Assembly (NCBI GenBank): GCA_043738605.1
Contig: JAYUFT010000118.1
Coordinates: 1-17,248 of the forward strand
Length of the DNA stretch: 17,248 nt
Direction of reading: 5' to 3'
Source: Candidatus Dormiibacterota bacterium
Lineage (GTDB): Bacteria; Chloroflexota; Dormibacteria; Dormibacterales; Dormibacteraceae
Shown here: positions 13,713-17,248 of the stretch, in pieces
Position numbering within the stretch: the stretch's first letter is position 1
Layout: every line of letters begins with the position of its first letter
Program-made: the position numbers and the translations under genes
Notes under the pieces: model-generated
What the model was told of the DNA's origin: nothing
What the model saw: only the letters and a program-made list of their open reading frames with translations
Database searches by the model: none

Positions 13713-14969
13713 TCACTCGGAACGCGAGGTCGATGAGACCTCAGAACGGAAAAGGCGATTCTCCCATAGCGCCAACACAAAGACCCCAATTGCGGCAACA
13801 GTCCACAGGTTCGGAAAGATCAGATCGCAGGGCTGGCGGTAGAAACCAAGCAGGCAAGCCCCGAGGAGGCCCAGGGTCAGCCATCGCCGCCTCTCGATCG
13901 CCCGTACCGCGACCAGAAGCACCAACGGGAGCAGGGGCAGCCATTGGTAAGGCCATACCTCGTTTGGGATCAAAGCCCCAAGAGCAAAGCCGACGGCCAT
14001 CCCGTAGGCCGAGTTCCAGCCGCTTCGCCACGCCGCCCAGGCCGCCGCCGCGGCAAACAGCAGGGCGCTCGCGTAAGACAGGACCAGCGCGAGCGAGGCC
14101 AGGTGCAGGGGCGACGTCACCGCCACAACGCCGCTGCCGTTCGGGAGGAGATAGGGCTCGCCGCCGATGGTGCGGGCGAACAACGTGCGCACCGAGTCGT
14201 AGGCGCAGTCGGCATTGTGCGAAGCCAGCGACGGCAGCAGCACGTGCTGGTAGTAGAAGAGGGCGCCGCCGGCGCCCAGCGGGATGAACGTCACCGCAGT
14301 GACGACTACTAGCACCGTGCCCAGAGCCAGCGCGTAGCGCACGCGATGCGCGGGCCGGGTGCCGATCAACATCGCCGCGGGGTAGTACTTCATGGCTGAG
14401 ACGAGGCCGCCGACGGCCCCCGCGAGCGCCGGCCTGCGCGACTCGAAGCAGATCGAGGCCATCGCCCCGAGCAGGATCACGCCGCCGCGCTGCCCGGCGC
14501 TGATGTCCGCGAAGAGAGGCGGGAAGTAAGCGGCGATGAGCCAGAACACGGGCTGCGCCAAGCGATTGGTGATCGCGAGGGTTCGATACAGGAGTATCAG
14601 TCCGACCAGAACCGCGACTGCGTCGATGGCCGTCCAGACCTCGACTCCCACGCTTCGAGGGAGCAGCGCGATGGGTACGGCCAGGACTGCGACCGGAGGC
14701 GGGCTGACGAAAGCGGCGAGGACGCCTGGCGGCGCGATGACGTGGGTCTGGGCGAGGTACGCCGCCGCGGCGTCGTACAGATGGGAAGGGTCGGTGAGAT
14801 AGGCGCGGCCGCCCTCCCATATGCCCTCGGCGTCTGGACGGCGAGGCACGAGGGCGGACAGGACGATGACGCGAAGCCAGAACACGCCGGCGAGGGCCCA
14901 ATAGAGAGCCGGCCGCGACAGGACCTCGGCAGCAGCCTGTCTGAGGCGGCTCAGCACGGCGCCTACCAT
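13713..14969 (-). CDS. Polytopic integral membrane protein, GT87/DUF2029-like glycosyltransferase candidate
   Basis: There are at least 10 predicted hydrophobic helices. Its size and topology resemble DUF2029/GT87 mannosyl/arabinosyl transferases. I place the start at the ATG at 14969 (MVGAVLSRLRQ...) rather than the track start at 15101, which would overlap the divergent carboxyltransferase gene. The family assignment rests on memory, not on a diagnostic motif. Confidence 0.5.
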   Translation of the reverse strand: MVGAVLSRLRQAAAEVLSRPALYWALAGVFWLRVIVLSALVPRRPDAEGIWEGGRAYLTDPSHLYDAAAAYLAQTHVIAPPGVLAAFVSPPPVAVLAVPIALLPRSVGVEVWTAIDAVAVLVGLILLYRTLAITNRLAQPVFWLIAAYFPPLFADISAGQRGGVILLGAMASICFESRRPALAGAVGGLVSAMKYYPAAMLIGTRPAHRVRYALALGTVLVVVTAVTFIPLGAGGALFYYQHVLLPSLASHNADCAYDSVRTLFARTIGGEPYLLPNGSGVVAVTSPLHLASLALVLSYASALLFAAAAAWAAWRSGWNSAYGMAVGFALGALIPNEVWPYQWLPLLPLVLLVAVRAIERRRWLTLGLLGACLLGFYRQPCDLIFPNLWTVAAIGVFVLALWENRLFRSEVSSTSRSE

Positions 14970-14976
14970 ATGCCGT

Positions 14977-16614
14977 ATGGCCGCCCGCAGACCAAAAAGT
15001 CTCACGCCCGTGCGCCGGACGACGCCAACGATGGAGGGAGTCGAAGCGCCGGAGCGCATCGCAACCACCGTCTCCGAGCAGAAGATCAACCAGTACCGCA
15101 AGCGGCGCTACCAGGCCCTCCATGCGGACACTGCCGCTGAGAACAAGCGGCGCGCAGCCGGCAAAGCGACCGCCCGAGAGCGCATCGAAATGTTGCTAGA
15201 CAAGGGCTCATTCGTGGAGCTCGACGTCTTCGCGACGCACCGCGCGCAGGGCTTCGGCATGGAGGACAAGCGAATCCCAGGCGATGGCGTGGTCGCTGGG
15301 TTTGGCGAGATCGACCGCCGTCCGGTCGCCGTCTATGCCTACGACGCCACTGTCTACGGCGGCTCGCTGGGTGAGGTGACCGCCGAGAAGATAGTCAAGG
15401 TCCAGGAGCTTGCCCTGCGAAACCGAGTGCCGATCATCGGGATCAACGACTCAGGTGGAGCGCGCATCCAGGAGGGTGTGGTCGCGCTCGCCGGCTATGC
15501 GGACATCTTCTTTCGCAACGTTCGCTCGTCAGGCGTGATCCCGCAGATCAGCATCATCGCCGGTCCGTGCACGGGCGGCGCCGTCTACTCCCCGGCCATC
15601 ACCGACTTCATCTTCATCGTCGCCGGCCAGGGCTATATGTTCATCACCGGCCCAGAGGTGATTCGCGTCGTCACCGGCGAGAGCGTCTCGTTCGACGAAC
15701 TCGGCGGCGGCGACGTCCACAACGCGACCTCAGGCGTGGCGCACTTCTTGCCGCGAACCGAGGCCGCATGTGCGGCCGGAGTCCGCAAGCTGCTCTCGTA
15801 CCTGCCTTCGAGCAACGGAGAGCGGCCGCCGTTCGTGCCGACCACGGACGACCCGGACCGCGCCGACCCGGAGCTGCAGACGATAGTGCCCGAGGCCCCG
15901 AACAAGCCATATGACATGCGCCACGTCGTCTCCCGCGTGCTTGACGACCGCGAGTTCTTCGAGGTCCAGCCCTTCTTCGCGCCGAACATCGTCGTCGGGC
16001 TCGGCCGGCTCGGCGGCCACGTGGTCGGCATCGTGGGCAACCAGCCCAAGGTGCTGGCGGGCGCCATCGATATCAACGCCTCGGTCAAGGCGGCCCGGTT
16101 CATCCGGTTCTGTGACGCCTTCGGCATCCCGATCATCTCCTTTGTCGACGTGCCCGGCTACCTGCCCGGTCGTGACCAGGAGCACGGCGGGATCATCCGC
16201 CACGGCGCCAAGCTCCTTTACGCGTACGCGGAGGCGACAGTGCCGAAGCTCACGGTGATCACGCGCAAGGACTACGGCGGCGCTTACTGCGTGATGTCAC
16301 CCAAGCAGATGGGCGCCGACTTGAACCTCGCCTGGCCCAGCGCCGAGATCGCGGTCATGGGCCCGGAGGCGGCGGTCAACATCATCTACAAGCGAGACCT
16401 CGCCGCGGCGTCTGACCCCACCGGCCGCCGTAAGGAGCTGGTCGCCCAGTACACGGCGCGATTCGCCAACCCCTACGTGGCGGCCGAGCGCGGGTACATC
16501 GACGACGTCATCGAGCCGCGGGAGACGCGCCGTGAGCTTTTGCGCGGTCTGGAGCTGTGCCTGCGGAAAACGGTGGAGCGGCCACCGCGAAAGCACGGAA
16601 ATATCCCGCTTTAG
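14977..16614 (+). CDS. Acyl-CoA (propionyl-CoA) carboxylase carboxyltransferase beta subunit (PccB/AccD5-like)
   Basis: The 545-aa product is co-linear with AccD5/PccB, as shown by ...GKLTARERI..LLD.GSFVELD..., GINDSGGARIQEG, PQISIIAGPCTGGAVYSPAITDF, NQPYDM and the C-terminal PPKKHGNIPL. An alternative start is the ATG at 15031. Confidence 0.9.
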   Translation: MAARRPKSLTPVRRTTPTMEGVEAPERIATTVSEQKINQYRKRRYQALHADTAAENKRRAAGKATARERIEMLLDKGSFVELDVFATHRAQGFGMEDKRIPGDGVVAGFGEIDRRPVAVYAYDATVYGGSLGEVTAEKIVKVQELALRNRVPIIGINDSGGARIQEGVVALAGYADIFFRNVRSSGVIPQISIIAGPCTGGAVYSPAITDFIFIVAGQGYMFITGPEVIRVVTGESVSFDELGGGDVHNATSGVAHFLPRTEAACAAGVRKLLSYLPSSNGERPPFVPTTDDPDRADPELQTIVPEAPNKPYDMRHVVSRVLDDREFFEVQPFFAPNIVVGLGRLGGHVVGIVGNQPKVLAGAIDINASVKAARFIRFCDAFGIPIISFVDVPGYLPGRDQEHGGIIRHGAKLLYAYAEATVPKLTVITRKDYGGAYCVMSPKQMGADLNLAWPSAEIAVMGPEAAVNIIYKRDLAAASDPTGRRKELVAQYTARFANPYVAAERGYIDDVIEPRETRRELLRGLELCLRKTVERPPRKHGNIPL

Positions 16615-16619
16615 GCGGG
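16605..16619. terminator. Hairpin CCCGC-TTTAG-GCGGG spanning the overlapping convergent stop codons; candidate bidirectional terminator
   Basis: It has a 5-bp GC stem and a 5-nt loop containing TAG (+ strand, carboxyltransferase) and TTA=TAA (- strand, GH15). It is followed by TTTCGCGGG on the + strand and ATATTT on the - strand. Confidence 0.3.
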
Positions 16620-17248
16620 TTTCGCGGGCAGCGGGGGAACTGTCGACAGGGCCGAGCGACGCACCCGCTCCGACCGCTTGCAGAACTCGTCGACCGTGGT
16701 GATCAGCTCCGCTGCGGACCACGTCAACGGTGAGACCGAGAGCGGCGCCCCCGTATTGGGGTCGAGCTGCTCGGACAGCAAGCCTCCAGGCAACTGGTGG
16801 GCAACCACCCAGTTGATGATCTCGCGCGCCGACTTCAGGTCATGCGCCGTCTTGGCCGTGGCGATATACCACTGGGCCAGCCAGAGCGTGCAAATGAACC
16901 AGGGGTTGCCGGGCACCTTGTTGGTGTCAGGGTCGACCTTGAAGTAGTAGTCGTCCCGGTAGCGGGCGATGCCTCCAGCCGGACCGCGATTGGCCAGCTC
17001 TTCGCTGATCGCCTTCATGGTCTGCACGATTCGCGGCTCATCGGGCGGATACATGCCGAACCGCCACAGCCCGTAGATCGCGCTGTCGTTGACCATGTCG
17101 ACCGTCAGCGTGCCGTCCTCTTCGACAGCGACCCTGCGGGCGAACCGGCCGAGGTCGGGGCTGTAGAGGGATGTGTCGGTGGCCTCGCGCAACCGCTCCG
17201 CCGCATCGCGATAGCGCACAGAGCTGCCGACGTCGCCGAAAAGCTCGG
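16611..17248 (-). CDS. Glycoside hydrolase family 15 (glucoamylase/trehalase-type), C-terminal part; gene continues past the window end
   Basis: The C-terminal catalytic-domain motifs GNPWFICTLWLAQWYI and SEQLDPNTGAPLSVSPLTWS are present. The track ORF starts at an internal Met (17219). GH15 enzymes are ~600 aa, so the true N-terminus lies beyond 17248. Confidence 0.7.
   Translation of the reverse strand, partial: ELFGDVGSSVRYRDAAERLREATDTSLYSPDLGRFARRVAVEEDGTLTVDMVNDSAIYGLWRFGMYPPDEPRIVQTMKAISEELANRGPAGGIARYRDDYYFKVDPDTNKVPGNPWFICTLWLAQWYIATAKTAHDLKSAREIINWVVAHQLPGGLLSEQLDPNTGAPLSVSPLTWSAAELITTVDEFCKRSERVRRSALSTVPPLPAKPA

Noticed and set aside
12831-13736. 301-aa + strand ORF antisense to the MBL hydrolase
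   Set aside because: It is opposite a well-supported MBL-fold gene with a strong SD. The antisense frame has no motifs.
14970-15101. Longer start for the GT87-like membrane protein (track 13713..15101)
   Set aside because: It would overlap the divergent carboxyltransferase gene by >100 nt. The added N-terminus (MRYWLIFCSETVVAMRSG...) lacks the short-cytoplasmic-then-TM pattern. The ATG at 14969 is preferred.
13741-15123. 460-aa - strand Arg/Pro/Gly-rich ORF and the 13733..14287 + ORF
   Set aside because: They are alternative frames of the polytopic membrane-protein gene. Extreme basic/Pro composition with no hydrophobic segments.
1-17248. tRNA, rRNA, CRISPR arrays, transposase or integrase genes
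   Set aside because: No tandem repeat-spacer structure, no tRNA-like conserved T-loop or acceptor features in the short intergenic gaps, and no ORF with recombinase or transposase motifs were seen.

Overview
High-GC (~68%) bacterial chromosomal segment containing about 17 genes, mostly core metabolism and membrane functions. On the + strand: the C-terminus of a membrane protein that runs off the window start, a hypothetical / class-V aminotransferase / O-methyltransferase operon, and an acyl-CoA carboxylase carboxyltransferase beta subunit. On the - strand: a lone ClpP protease, then a long codirectional, tightly spaced array of GT87-like membrane protein, MBL-fold hydrolase, amidase, VWA-domain protein, flotillin, ATP-type PEP carboxykinase, a small SLOG/DUF2493-like protein, and a fused MoaD-MoaE (MoaX-like) molybdopterin synthase. 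A GH15 glycoside hydrolase runs off the window end on the - strand. The most unusual element is a ~1.2 kb low-GC (~55%) islet (3598..4785) wedged between the O-methyltransferase and the MoaD-MoaE gene. It encodes an overlapping HTH(XRE) + Fic-domain pair of the 'mobile mystery protein A/B' type. The Fic motif is non-canonical (HPFPNGNGRHAR), and an AT-rich upstream region carries inverted CCTATAAG repeats. A second point of interest is a 661-aa protein with a C-terminal VWA domain and a strikingly Met/Gln-rich helical N-terminal region, start-stop coupled to an amidase and sitting just upstream of flotillin. No rRNA, tRNA, CRISPR or transposase was recognisable. The ORF track also shows many long antisense or alternative-frame ORFs, which I treat as high-GC artefacts.
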